NCBI GenBank assembly: GCA_040954595.2
Contig: CM082584.2
Location: 12,497,066-12,561,065 of the forward strand
DNA from: Balanoglossus misakiensis
Taxonomy: Eukaryota; Animalia; Hemichordata
Length of the DNA: 64,000 bases
Direction: 5' to 3'
The translations under genes and the position numbers were made by a program. Below are positions 37,901 to 52,400 of this stretch, one piece after another; position 1 is the stretch's first letter; each line of letters opens with the position of its first letter. The notes beneath the pieces were generated by a model. That model ran no database searches, had not been told where the DNA came from, and saw only the letters and a program-made list of their open reading frames with translations.

Positions 37901-38591
37901 GCAGAGCCATGTCAGACTACATCCAAGCTTGCTCTGGTTGTCTGTGTAATGAAAAACCGCTCTTTTTCTCCTAGGTGAACCCAATCACCGATTACCATGA
38001 CAGTCGAGTGAAGAACAAGTCAAAAGAACTGGTGACAGCTCATCAGCAAATGGCGCGGAGTAAATTAATGGTGATCAGACATCAGGTATGGACACTGTAT
38101 GAGCAGATATCAATTCTTAAGGCAAGAGACATGAATGATGCCAACGATCACGACAAATAGACGTTGAAGAGAAGTGAATAAGTGTGCTCATTTACATTGT
38201 ACTTCCGATCACTTGGAATGGTGACTGAAATAAATATATTGGTGCAGATTCTCCAAATTATGGAGAAATTAATCAAAGATCTTCTGGTATCAGTGAAATG
38301 CAGTAGAATATTCTCCAGAAATAAAGAGCAACAATATACTGTTTTAGCAATAACAAAAATGTTCCTTCATAACTTTACGCAGTGTAGAGACCTTGTCATA
38401 TGAAACTCTGAAATTTTTTGTTTCTCTTTCTTCTCTGACAGAAGCAATCTGTGCAGGTTGTGCCTGTGAATGAAATTCATTGGACGTGGGAGAGCAAGGC
38501 GGACAGATTCTGGATTTACGGAGATGAACGGAAAGTCTACTTCCCATCATACCCTCAGAACACGTTCTTCGGACTCTGCAGTCTTCTCTAA
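28926..38591 (+). CDS. SSUH2: SSUH2 homologue (DnaJ-type CxxCxGxG zinc-finger repeats), multi-exon
   Basis: Exons give KCCYGYAAAREM, YRLVSFTEQR, PPPAIWDIVV, VPYSGEVKPCYRCHGVG, CASCSGRG, CSSCNGSG, CKRCYGEG, CLTCGGS...CRTCNGRK (exon 35877-35969), VNPITDY, QSVQVVPVNEIHW...FWIYGDERKVYFPSYP...CSLL*, matching the recalled SSUH2 architecture. Confidence 0.85.
31877..35660. mobile_element. ~3.8-kb non-autonomous DNA transposon-like insertion in an SSUH2 intron
   Basis: TA|CAGTCCCAACA ... TGTTGGGACTG|TA; both ends carry clustered subterminal motifs (TTACGG/CCGTA, GTTGTAGCA, CCCGTAG); it accounts for most of the 4.7-kb intron; no recognisable transposase ORF. Confidence 0.65.
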
Positions 38592-40916
38592 GGTCAGAGG
38601 TCAAAAACTTGTCTGTCTCTGAGGTCAGAGGTCAAAATCCTGGCTATGGAAGTTAAACAGTTCAGTGTTTACTAAGTTTTGCCGCTGTTAATGACACACG
38701 CACTGCCATTATCCCCTCAGGCAGAATTATGAGAAATTGAAAGTTATTGCAAGACAATCAAACAAGATTGATTACACAATCTTTGTGCTATATGATATTG
38801 CAACTCTTTTTCTAACGTCAAATTAGTGTCTCTATAACTTGTGATTTTACACTTTGCCATAAAATTCACTGTAAGTTAACTTTGTGAGTAAGTTTACTTT
38901 CGTAGGAGAAATGTTTTATTCATATTACTATAGACATATATTGTGTGCATAGAATACATCAGTGGCAATGTTAATACTACCATGGCCATCAATCCTCAGG
39001 GGTGTAGATCGCATTTGCAATATTTTGGTTTTCTTTGAGAACATTTTTTCTGCGATTTAGGTTCTAGAGGCCATTCACAGCTAGATAGGATAAATGATGT
39101 TATCAATTTTGCCTACTATTTGCCATTATGAATTGTTGTATGTATCCCAATTATACTTCATACTATACTTGCATATGTCACACTAAATCTAAAAATTGTG
39201 ATTAAATTAAGAAGCAGGTTGTCACATTTTGGTTGATTATTTTTTATACAAATTGTCTAGGCTTTAAGTGAATTGCATTTTTAGGCAATGGGTTTTTGTA
39301 AAACTTTTAAAAATATCTTGAGGAAAATTGCCACTGATTAACATAGTTTTTTTTTCAAGAATAACAACTTACTATCTTGTAATTGATGAAAATGTCAAGA
39401 ATTTAAAAAACTATTGAAATGATGAATATCCTACTCTCTAACTTCAATCAATGAATGCTCAATTCTTAATAAGATCTTATAGAAATCGACTCTTAATTAC
39501 ACATTTATGATTGTTTTGGATCAATCGGAAAATGTCTCCTATCTATCGCTTGTATTTACAAAGAAAATTCCACCATTGAACTCACAAGTAATTCTTTCAC
39601 TTTGTGAAATTAGTTGTTCAGTATTTACACTTTTAAACTAATTGTGTAGTAGTAGAATAGAAGAAAAAAATGTTAGCTTCATTTCAATAGTAAAGCATAA
39701 CCTTGGCAGCAGTGTAGACCAGTATTGTCATGCTGGTGTCATGATTAAATAATAAAGAATTAAAGACAAAAAATATGTATATATTGTCATTTCTTGTTAC
39801 CATTTTCACGTTTCACAACCATGTCTTTGCCTTTCTATATACGCCTCCTTCCAAAACATGGCATCATCTACAAGCTCTTTTCCCTTCAGAACCATGCTGT
39901 TCGTGTCTGATCTTTCACCAAGACTTATAAACCAGTACCACACTGCACGTCTGTGAATCTGATGCCTGAAAGATAAACACGTCGACTGATAATAATCGCG
40001 GTTCTTTACTTTCTCACTTCCGCCTACTAGCAGGCTAATATGAGGTGTAATGCGGATAAACCAACATCGCTAACCACACGTTCGAAATGAGACTCCATAC
40101 TCTGTCACGAAAATGAATACCACCTATGATTACGAAGACTTTATCTCGCCTGAAGCCTTGTAATTTCTGTGACTCAGTGGTCGATTCTTATTCCTGGGCA
40201 TGTTAGACTAAACATTCATTCGTGATGACTTGGCTATACACAAGATGGCTTCCTATTTTTTTTTATACTTTTAACTCATCTTTCGTTCAGGGCACATAGT
40301 TTTGACATTTCACGAAACCCAACGATACCGTATTCATGTTGGTGCCACAGGCGCTTAATATGATTGCTCTGTGAAAAACACACGCAGCTGTCGAATCGAC
40401 AACACTTCCTTTCACGCTAATCACACCCAAACTTCAAGTAGCTTCGTGACGCATTTCGTGGTGCACTTTCTGCGGAGCATTAAACTGCAAAAAGTTCTTG
40501 CTCTGAAAGTGTTTCACAACTTTCGTAAAAGCCCAAGGGGGTCAATATTGCTTCCAACGTAGTTGGATAGCGCGACTTTTTCTGCTTCGGCGTTGTTCCC
40601 GCTGTTCGTTTCCGGCAGACCCTGTCAACTAATACATCATACCGAGTGCCCCTCGCTCACCTGGTCCTGGGGTACAACGAAGAGTCCCTCACACACGTGA
40701 CAGCATAGAGTGGCAATTGTCTGTCCTTCAACTGACCGTGAGATAAATACACAGGAAGAAGCACAAACCGTCTTTCTCAGAATGACAGCCCTGACGACTT
40801 CCTCTTTGAAAGATTCTAATGTCATCACTGCAGTCGGATTTCGTGGAAATGAACTTGGAGCAAGAGGGTCAAATCACACTACGATAGTTGCATTGTGGGT
40901 AAGAAGTCAACATCAA

Positions 40917-40958
<42 letters not shown>

Positions 40959-41055
40959 GTCTGTCTGTCTGTGTATTTATCTATGTATCTATCCATAGTA
41001 TCTAGCTAACTATCTTTCTATCAATTTATTTATTTATTTATTTATTATTTATCTA
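40917..41055. repeat. Compound microsatellite (CTAT)n(CTGT)n...(TTTA)n
   Basis: Direct reading of the sequence. Confidence 0.9.
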
Positions 41056-43450
41056 TGTAATATTTGTTATTTGTGATATGTGCAATACTACAAACAGGAG
41101 TGCAATTGAAAATCTTACACAGTAACATTTTGAGAAAGTATTACTGTTTAAATATTTGATGGATGCTGAGTTACTATATTTCTTGGGTTTCTGATCTTCT
41201 TGTTTGCGTCAGAAGTAAATGGCAAGCTGGATTATTGATAAAACTAGACTTTTTCGGCAATTAATATTTCATGGAGTCTTCTAAAGAAGCATTTGTGCGA
41301 TCCCTCGTCAAAGTACCCTTTTAAGAAATTGCGTCAATAATATGAAGGAACCCCGATTGCCCTACGCGCGATGCAAAAGGATTTTAGGGTGCCTTGGACC
41401 CCGCGGTGAGCATGCGCAGTGGTCAAGGAAATTTGACCTATTCATTTAAAGGATAATGCTCGCAACATGGTCTTCACCGAGCTCGCAAAGAGTGTTGGCC
41501 TTGGAAGTAATTGAAGCAGCAGGATATAATAGCAAGCAAGATTATCCTCGGTACAAAGAAGAAGGCATTAAATGTAAGAACACTGCTCAGTAAGAACCCC
41601 GATGGGGAGTAACGAAGAAACAATGGAAAATGTACCATCGGTGTATCAAAAGGCGGATTAACTTTGCAATTTCCAGATCAGAATCATTCAATTCATTTGA
41701 TCATTATAAGGGAGGGTCAAGTTGTTTTTAATGCGCTATATGTATCACTCTCAGTAGGTTAGCTATGGGCGTTGATTGGACTAGTTCAATACCGCACAGC
41801 TGCTTGAAATCTTAGAGTTTCTAAAATACTCTGTTGGGGCAATCAGCAGGAGATGGGTTACACTTAGGGGTGACATTTACCAGTGTGATGCGGATATGTG
41901 ACTGTTACAGTATCAAGTTTCCTCTTTGTTAGTGATGCTAACTGTGTCTTAGCACCACACCTGATCTTTTACATGTAAAGACCCCCCTGGGAACAGAAAA
42001 GTACTGTCCCGAGGAGATGGCTGCGATAAACAAGTCTCACTAAGGCAGCTTATGAGGTTCGGCACAACATATTTTTTCATCGCAAATTGTTAGGCCAAAC
42101 AATATCTGAAATTTCCCTAACCACATTGGGCGTAAATATTTTTTTTCCTGGAACATTGATGTACATTCCCAGAACCATATTGTTTCGGTAAACATCCAAG
42201 TTAAAATAATTTGTAATCGAACCGACATGCTGCTTAAAGTTGATACACAAACACCATTCAGTTTGTTCGGATTAGGAATCATTATAAAATATATGCGGTG
42301 CGCATACCCTTAATAGGTTATCCTCCGGGCAAGTTAAAATAATTATTTTTCTGTCACCTTAATTTTCTCGGTGATTCTTAACTCCCAAGCGTCTACGTGT
42401 TTACCCATCGGCGCGACATGGCTTTGCACATATGCTGCAATCATCTCAAGTATTGTCCTACCAGATAATCGTCACCAGTAGCAACTTTAGACGCAATGAT
42501 CATGATCTCCAATTCAGCGTGGTCTTATAATGAGTCTATGGCGTCTTGCTATGACGCATTTTAAAATGTCAAGTACGTTTTCATTTGCAATGGTTTGCGA
42601 TTTAGAGACGGAACAGAAACTCAAAAACGCTCAAGTGTCACAATCGGCAAAGACCTATTTTCCACATCCGGTTTTAGGCACAGTTCATCAATATATTTAT
42701 CACAATATACTTTCGGATTTGACGTTCGTCCTAAAATCTCTTTTAAAGAAAGGAGAGGGTTTCGTTCAATCGATATCATTGCCAACGCATTTCAGCTGAA
42801 ATCGTCGGTACTATAGTGACATGCATGTTTTATTTTCTTCTATAAGTAACTAGGCAACTGCGATGAACCGGTTAAATTATCGAAAGAGCAGGTAAGACAG
42901 AAGCAAGCATCCAAGGGATCGCCGACATTTCTTAATTCACCTCCACAAATCCAATGCGTGCACGTGTTTATGGTGTTCCTATCCGGCGGACAGTCTGATC
43001 ACAAGCATGCATCATTAAACAGTGTCTCCTGAACAATGGCTGGATGTCCTTTAAAAATTCAACGACATTACACATGTGACACCCGTGGCACATATTCGAT
43101 GATTTTTTTTTCTGCAGTGTCTGGTGTCTTGCGAAAATCACCGGGACAAACATTATCACTCAAGGTAAGCAAATTACCAGATCTAGGAAACGGGTAATAA
43201 AATGAAAAGTATAATACGACCAGCAATCTTTAATAACTGTTAAGTGGTGGTAGTTCCAGGTGCCCGGAATGAGTAAGCACATCCTGCATGCTGCACCTGT
43301 CAAGATTAACCCAAGGTGATAAATTTGGTGTATTTTGGTTAATGATCAACTTGCTTTTGTCGGATCAAGAAGAGCTCACCACTTGAGTAACAGGCATGTA
43401 TGGCGACCAAGGAGGCTCATAGAACGATATACATCTATACAAATTACACC

Positions 43451-46400
43451 CATGAGCTATAACCCATGGTTGTTTTTTCAAAAAATGAAGAAATTTTGAA
43501 AATTCGCAAAGTCGAAAAATTGTCATTTCGGAATGATTTTCATGAGCTATAACCCATGGTTTTTTCAAAAAATGAAGAAATTTTGAAAATTCGCAAAGTC
43601 GAAAAATTGTCATTTCGAGATGATTTTCATGAGCTATAACCCATGGTTTTTTCAAAAAAATGACCAAATTTTCAAAATTCGCAAAGTCGAAAAATTGTCA
43701 TTTCGGGATGATTTTCCTGAGCTATAACCCATGGTTTTTTCAAAAAATGACCAAATTTTCAAAATTCGCAAAGTCGACAAATCTTCGATTTTTGACGATT
43801 TTCCTGAGCTATAACCCATGGTTTTTTCAAAAAATGACCAAATTTTCAAAATTCGCAAAGTCCGAAAATCTTCGATTTTTGACGATTTTCCTGAGCTATA
43901 ACCCATGGTTTTTTCAAAAAATGACCAAATTTTCAAAATTCGCAAAGTCCGAAAATCTTCGAATTTTGACGATTTTCCTGAGCTATAACCCATGGTTTTT
44001 TCAAAAAATGACCAAATTTTCAAAATTCGCAAAGTCCGAAAATCTTCGATTTTTGACGATTTTCCTGAGCTATAACCCATGGTTTTTTCAAAAAATGACC
44101 AAATTTTCAAAATTCGCAAAGTCGAAAAATCGTCGATTTTTCAACATTTTCCTGAGCTATAACCCATGGTTTTTTCAAAAAATGACCAAATTTTCAAAAT
44201 TCGCAAAGTCCGAAAATCTTCGATTTTTGACGATTTTCCTGAGCTATAACCCATGGTTTTTTCAAAAAATGACCAAATTTTCAAAATTCGCAAAGTCCGA
44301 AAATCTTCGAATTTTGACGATTTTCCTGAGCTATAACCCATGGTTTTTTCAAAAAATGACAAAATTTTCAAAATTCGCAAAGTCCGAAAATCTTCGATTT
44401 TTGACGATTTTCCTGAGCTATAACCCATGGTTTTTTCAAAAAATGACCAAATTTTCAAAATTCGCAAAGTCGAAAAATCGTCGATTTTTCAACATTTTCC
44501 TGAGCTATAACCCATGGTTTTTTCAAAAAATGACCAAATTTTCAAAATTCGCAAAGTCCGAAAATCTTCGATTTTTGACGATTTTCCTGAGCTATAACCC
44601 ATGGTTTTTTCAAAAAATGACCAAATTTTCAAAACTCGCAAAGTCCGAAAATCTTCGATTTTTGACGATTTTCCTGAGCTATAACCCATGGTTTTTTCAA
44701 AAAATGACCAAATTTTCAAAATTCGCAAAGTCCGAAAATCTTCGATTTTTGACGATTTTCCTGAGCTATAACCCATGGTTTTTTCAAAAAATGACCAAAT
44801 TTTCAAAATTCGCAAAGTCCGAAAATCTTCGAATTTTGACGATTTTCCTGAGCTATAACCCATGGTTTTTTCAAAAAATGACCAAATTTTCAAAATTCGC
44901 AAAGTCCGAAAATCTTCGATTTTTGACGATTTTCCTGAGCTATAACCCATGGTTTTTTCAAAAAATGACCAAATTTTCAAAATTCGCAAAGTCCGAAAAT
45001 CTTCGATTTTTGACGATTTTCCTGAGCTATAACCCATGGTTTTTTCAAAAAATGACCAAATTTTCAAAATTCGCAAAGTCCGAAAATCTTCGATTTTTGA
45101 CGATTTTCCTGAGCTATAACCCATGGTTTTTTCAAAAAATGACCAAATTTTCAAAATTCGCAAAGTCCGAAAATCTTCGAATTTTGACGATTTTCCTGAG
45201 CTATAACCCATGGTTTTTTCAAAAAATGACCAAATTTTCAAAATTCGCAAAGTCCGAAAATCTTCGAATTTTGACGATTTTCCTGAGCTATAACCCATGG
45301 TTTTTTCAAAAAATGACCAAATTTTCAAAATTCGCAAAGTCCGAAAATCTTCGAATTTTGACGATTTTCCTGAGCTATAACCCATGGTTTTTTTCAAAAA
45401 ATGACCAAATTTTCAAAATTCGCAAAGTCCGAAAATCTTCGAATTTTGACGATTTTCCTGAGCTATAACCCATGGTTTTTTCAAAAAATGACCAAATTTT
45501 CAAAATTCGCAAAGTCCGAAAATCTCCGATTTTTGACGATTTTCCTGAGCTATAACCCATGGTTTTTTCAAAAAATGACCAAATTTTCAAAATTCGCAAG
45601 GTCCGAAAATCTTCGAATTTTGACGATTTTCCTGAGCTATAACCCATGGTTTTTTCAAAAAATGACCAAATTTTCAAAATTCGCAAAGTCGACAAATCTT
45701 CGATTTTTGACGATTTTCCTGAGCTATAACCCATGGTTTTTTCAAAAAATGACCAAATTTTCAAAATTCGCAAAGTCCGAAAATCTTCGATTTTTGACGA
45801 TTTTCCTGAGCTATAACCCATGGTTTTTTCAAAAAATGACCAAATTTTCAAAATTCGCAAAGTCCGAAAATCTTCGATTTTTGACGATTTTCCTGAGCTA
45901 TAACCCATGGTTTTTTCAAAAAATGACCAAATTTTCAAAATTCGCAAAGTCCGAAAATCTTCGATTTTTGACGATTTTCCTGAGCTATAACCCATGGTTT
46001 TTTCAAAAAATGACCAAATTTTCAAAATTCGCAAAGTCGAAAAATCGTCGATTTTTCAACATTTTCCTGAGCTATAACCCATGGTTTTTTCAAAAAATGA
46101 CCAAATTTTCAAAATTCGCAAAGTCGAAAAATCGTCGATTTTTCAACATTTTCCTGAGCTATAACCCATGGTTTTTTCAAAAAATGACCAAATTTTCAAA
46201 ATTCGCAAAGTCCGAAAATCTTCGATTTTTGACGATTTTCCTGAGCTATAACCCATGGTTTTTTTCAAAAAATGACCAAATTTTCAAAATTCGCAAAGTC
46301 CGAAAATCTTCGAATTTTGACGATTTTCCTGAGCTATAACCCATGGTTTTTTCAAAAAATGACCAAATTTTCAAAATTCGCAAAGTCCGAAAATCTCCGA

Positions 46401-49400
46401 TTTTTGACGATTTTCCTGAGCTATAACCCATGGTTTTTTCAAAAAATGACCAAATTTTCAAAATTCGCAAGGTCCGAAAATCTTCGAATTTTGACGATTT
46501 TCCTGAGCTATAACCCATGGTTTTTTCAAAAAATGACCAAATTTTCAAAATTCGCAAAGTCGACAAATCTTCGATTTTTGACGATTTTCCTGAGCTATAA
46601 CCCATGGTTTTTTCAAAAAATGACCAAATTTTCAAAATTCGCAAAGTCCGAAAATCTTCGATTTTTGACGATTTTCCTGAGCTATAACCCATGGTTTTTT
46701 CAAAAAATGACCAAATTTTCAAAATTCGCAAAGTCCGAAAATCTTCGATTTTTGACGATTTTCCTGAGCTATAACCCATGGTTTTTTCAAAAAATGACCA
46801 AATTTTCAAAATTCGCAAAGTCCGAAAATCTTCGATTTTTGACGATTTTCCTGAGCTATAACCCATGGTTTTTTCAAAAAATGACCAAATTTTCAAAATT
46901 CGCAAAGTCGAAAAATCGTCGATTTTTCAACATTTTCCTGAGCTATAACCCATGGTTTTTTCAAAAAATGACCAAATTTTCAAAATTCGCAAAGTCGAAA
47001 AATCGTCGATTTTTCAACATTTTCCTGAGCTATAACCCATGGTTTTTTCAAAAAATGACCAAATTTTCAAAATTCGCAAAGTCCGAAAATCTTCGATTTT
47101 TGACGATTTTCCTGAGCTATAACCCATGGTTTTTTCAAAAAATGACCAAATTTTCAAAATTCGCAAAGTCCGAAAATCTTCGATTTTTGACGATTTTCCT
47201 GAGCTATAACCCATGGTTTTTTCAAAAAATGACCAAATTTTCAAAATTCGCAAAGTCCGAAAATCTTCGATTTTTGACGATTTTCCTGAGCTATAACCCA
47301 TGGTTTTTTCAAAAAATGACCAAATTTTCAAAATTCGCAAAGTCCGAAAATCTTCGAATTTTGACGATTTTCCTGAGCTATAACCCATGGTTTTTTCAAA
47401 AAATGACCAAATTTTCAAAATTCGCAAAGTCCGAAAATCTTCGATTTTTGACGATTTTCCTGAGCTATAACCCATGGTTTTTTCAAAAAATGACCAAATT
47501 TTCAAAATTCGCAAAGTCCGAAAATCTTCGATTTTTGACGATTTTCCTGAGCTATAGCCCATGGTTTTTTCAAAAAATGACCAAATTTTCAAAATTCGCA
47601 AAGTCCGAAAATCTTCGATTTTTGACGATTTTCCTGAGCTATAGCCCATGGTTTTTTCAAAAAATGACCAAATTTTCAAAATTCGCAAAGTCCGAAAATC
47701 TTCGAATTTTGACGATTTTCCTGAGCTATAACCCATGGTTTTTTCAAAAAATGACCAAATTTTCAAAATTCGCAAAGTCCGAAAATCTTCGAATTTTGAC
47801 GATTTTCCTGAGCTATAACCCATGGTTTTTTCAAAAAATGACCAAATTTTCAAAATTCGCAAAGTCCGAAAATCTTCGAATTTTGACGATTTTCCTGAGC
47901 TATAACCCATGGTTTTTTTCAAAAAATGACCAAATTTTCAAAATTCGCAAAGTCCGAAAATCTTCGAATTTTGACGATTTTCCTGAGCTATAACCCATGG
48001 TTTTTTCAAAAAATGACCAAATTTTCAAAATTCGCAAAGTCCGAAAATCTCCGATTTTTGACGATTTTCCTGAGCTATAACCCATGGTTTTTTCAAAAAA
48101 TGACCAAATTTTCAAAATTCGCAAGGTCCGAAAATCTTCGAATTTTGACGATTTTCCTGAGCTATAACCCATGGTTTTTTCAAAAAATGACCAAATTTTC
48201 AAAATTCGCAAAGTCGACAAATCTTCGATTTTTGACGATTTTCCTGAGCTATAACCCATGGTTTTTTCAAAAAATGACCAAATTTTCAAAATTCGCAAAG
48301 TCCGAAAATCTTCGATTTTTGACGATTTTCCTGAGCTATAACCCATGGTTTTTTCAAAAAATGACCAAATTTTCAAAATTCGCAAAGTCCGAAAATCTTC
48401 GAATTTTGACGATTTTCCTGAGCTATAACCCATGGTTTTTTCAAAAAATGACCAAATTTTCAAAATTCGCAAAGTCCGAAAATCTTCGATTTTTGACGAT
48501 TTTCCTGAGCTATAACCCATGGTTTTTTCAAAAAATGACCAAATTTTCAAAATTCGCAAAGTCCGAAAATCTTCGAATTTTGACGATTTTCCTGAGCTAT
48601 AACCCATGGTTTTTTCAAAAAATGACCAAATTTTCAAAATTCGCAAAGTCCGAAAATCTCCGATTTTTGACGATTTTCCTGAGCTATAACCCATGGTTTT
48701 TTCAAAAAATGACCAAATTTTCAAAATTCGCAAGGTCCGAAAATCTTCGAATTTTGACGATTTTCCTGAGCTATAACCCATGGTTTTTTCAAAAAATGAC
48801 CAAATTTTCAAAATTCGCAAAGTCGACAAATCTTCGATTTTTGACGATTTTCCTGAGCTATAACCCATGGTTTTTTCAAAAAATGACCAAATTTTCAAAA
48901 TTCGCAAAGTCCGAAAATCTTCGATTTTTGACGATTTTCCTGAGCTATAACCCATGGTTTTTTCAAAAAATGACCAAATTTTCAAAATTCGCAAAGTCCG
49001 AAAATCTTCGAATTTTGACGATTTTCCTGAGCTATAACCCATGGTTTTTTCAAAAAATGACCAAATTTTCAAAATTCGCAAAGTCCGAAAATCTTCGATT
49101 TTTGACGATTTTCCTGAGCTATAACCCATGGTTTTTTCAAAAAATGACCAAATTTTCAAAATTCGCAAAGTCGAAAAATCGTCGATTTTTCAACATTTTC
49201 CTGAGCTATAACCCATGGTTTTTTCAAAAAATGACCAAATTTTCAAAATTCGCAAAGTCCGAAAATCTTCGATTTTTGACGATTTTCCTGAGCTATAGCC
49301 CATGGTTTTTTCAAAAAATGACCAAATTTTCAAAATTCGCAAAGTCCGAAAATCTTCGAATTTTGACGATTTTCCTGAGCTATAACCCATGGTTTTTTCA

Positions 49401-52400
49401 AAAAATGACCAAATTTTCAAAATTCGCAAAGTCCGAAAATCTTCGAATTTTGACGATTTTCCTGAGCTATAACCCATGGTTTTTTCAAAAAATGACCAAA
49501 TTTTCAAAATTCGCAAAGTCCGAAAATCTTCGAATTTTGACGATTTTCCTGAGCTATAACCCATGGTTTTTTTCAAAAAATGACCAAATTTTCAAAATTC
49601 GCAAAGTCCGAAAATCTTCGAATTTTGACGATTTTCCTGAGCTATAACCCATGGTTTTTTCAAAAAATGACCAAATTTTCAAAATTCGCAAAGTCCGAAA
49701 ATCTCCGATTTTTGACGATTTTCCTGAGCTATAACCCATGGTTTTTTCAAAAAATGACCAAATTTTCAAAATTCGCAAGGTCCGAAAATCTTCGAATTTT
49801 GACGATTTTCCTGAGCTATAACCCATGGTTTTTTCAAAAAATGACCAAATTTTCAAAATTCGCAAAGTCGACAAATCTTCGATTTTTGACGATTTTCCTG
49901 AGCTATAACCCATGGTTTTTTCAAAAAATGACCAAATTTTCAAAATTCGCAAAGTCCGAAAATCTTCGATTTTTGACGATTTTCCTGAGCTATAACCCAT
50001 GGTTTTTTCAAAAAATGACCAAATTTTCAAAATTCGCAAAGTCCGAAAATCTTCGAATTTTGACGATTTTCCTGAGCTATAACCCATGGTTTTTTCAAAA
50101 AATGACCAAATTTTCAAAATTCGCAAAGTCCGAAAATCTTCGATTTTTGACGATTTTCCTGAGCTATAACCCATGGTTTTTTCAAAAAATGACCAAATTT
50201 TCAAAATTCGCAAAGTCCGAAAATCTTCGAATTTTGACGATTTTCCTGAGCTATAACCCATGGTTTTTTCAAAAAATGACCAAATTTTCAAAATTCGCAA
50301 AGTCCGAAAATCTCCGATTTTTGACGATTTTCCTGAGCTATAACCCATGGTTTTTTCAAAAAATGACCAAATTTTCAAAATTCGCAAGGTCCGAAAATCT
50401 TCGAATTTTGACGATTTTCCTGAGCTATAACCCATGGTTTTTTCAAAAAATGACCAAATTTTCAAAATTCGCAAAGTCGACAAATCTTCGATTTTTGACG
50501 ATTTTCCTGAGCTATAACCCATGGTTTTTTCAAAAAATGACCAAATTTTCAAAATTCGCAAAGTCCGAAAATCTTCGATTTTTGACGATTTTCCTGAGCT
50601 ATAACCCATGGTTTTTTCAAAAAATGACCAAATTTTCAAAATTCGCAAAGTCCGAAAATCTTCGAATTTTGACGATTTTCCTGAGCTATAACCCATGGTT
50701 TTTTCAAAAAATGACCAAATTTTCAAAATTCGCAAAGTCCGAAAATCTTCGATTTTTGACGATTTTCCTGAGCTATAACCCATGGTTTTTTCAAAAAATG
50801 ACCAAATTTTCAAAATTCGCAAAGTCGAAAAATCGTCGATTTTTCAACATTTTCCTGAGCTATAACCCATGGTTTTTTCAAAAAATGACCAAATTTTCAA
50901 AATTCGCAAAGTCCGAAAATCTTCGAATTTTGACGATTTTCCTGAGCTATAACCCATGGTTTTTTCAAAAAATGACCAAATTTTCAAAATTCGCAAAGTC
51001 CGAAAATCTTCGATTTTTGACGATTTTCCTGAGCTATAACCCATGGTTTTTTCAAAAAATGACCAAATTTTCAAAATTCGCAAAGTCCGAAAATCTTCGA
51101 ATTTTGACGATTTTCCTGAGCTATAACCCATGGTTTTTTTCAAAAAATGACCAAATTTTCAAAATTCGCAAAGTCCGAAAATCTTCGATTTTTGACGATT
51201 TTCCTGAGCTATAACCCATGGTTTTTTCAAAAAATGACCAAATTTTCAAAATTCGCAAAGTCCGAAAATCTTCGATTTTTGACGATTTTCCTGAGCTATA
51301 ACCCATGGTTTTTTCAAAAAATGACCAAATTTTCAAAATTCGCAAAGTCGACAAATCTTCGATTTTTGACGATTTTCCTGAGCTATAACCCATGGTTTTT
51401 TTCAAAAAATGACCAAATTTTCAAAATTCGCAAAGTCCGAAAATCTTCGAATTTTGACGATTTTCCTGAGCTATAACCCATGGTTTTTTTCAAAAAATGA
51501 CCAAATTTTCAAAATTCGCAAAGTCCGAAAATCTTCGATTTTTGACGATTTTCCTGAGCTATAACCCATGGTTTTTTCAAAAAATGACCAAATTTTCAAA
51601 ATTCGCAAAGTCGACAAATCTTCGATTTTTGACGATTTTCCTGAGCTATAACCCATGGTTTTTTTCAAAAAATGACCAAATTTTCAAAATTCGCAAAGTC
51701 CGAAAATCTTCGATTTTTGACGATTTTCCTGAGCTATAACCCATGGTTTTTTCAAAAAATGACCAAATTTTCAAAATTCGCAAAGTCCGAAAATCTTCGA
51801 TTTTTGACGATTTTCCTGAGCTATAACCCATGGTTTTTTCAAAAAATGACCAAATTTTCAAAATTCGCAAAGTCCGAAAATCTTCGATTTTTGACGATTT
51901 TCCTGAGCTATAACCCATGGTTTTTTCAAAAAATGACCAAATTTTCAAAATTCGCAAAGTCCGAAAATCTTCGATTTTTGACGATTTTCCTGAGCTATAA
52001 CCCATGGTTTTTTCAAAAAATGACCAAATTTTCAAAATTCGCAAAGTCCGAAAATCTTCGAATTTTGACGATTTTCCTGAGCTATAACCCATGGTTTTTT
52101 CAAAAAATGACCAAATTTTCAAAATTCGCAAAGTCCGAAAATCTTCGATTTTTGACGATTTTCCTGAGCTATAACCCATGGTTTTTTCAAAAAATGACCA
52201 AATTTTCAAAATTCGCAAAGTCCGAAAATCTTCGATTTTTGACGATTTTCCTGAGCTATAACCCATGGTTTTTTCAAAAAATGACCAAATTTTCAAAATT
52301 CGCAAAGTCCGAAAATCTTCGAATTTTGACGATTTTCCTGAGCTATAACCCATGGTTTTTTCAAAAAATGACCGAATTTTCAAAATTCGCAAAGTCCGAA

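Noticed and set aside
43851-43867. CENP-B box-like ATTCGCAAAGTCCGAAA in the monomer
   Set aside because: Only 6 of the 9 essential positions of TTCGnnnnAnnCGGG match, which is insufficient.
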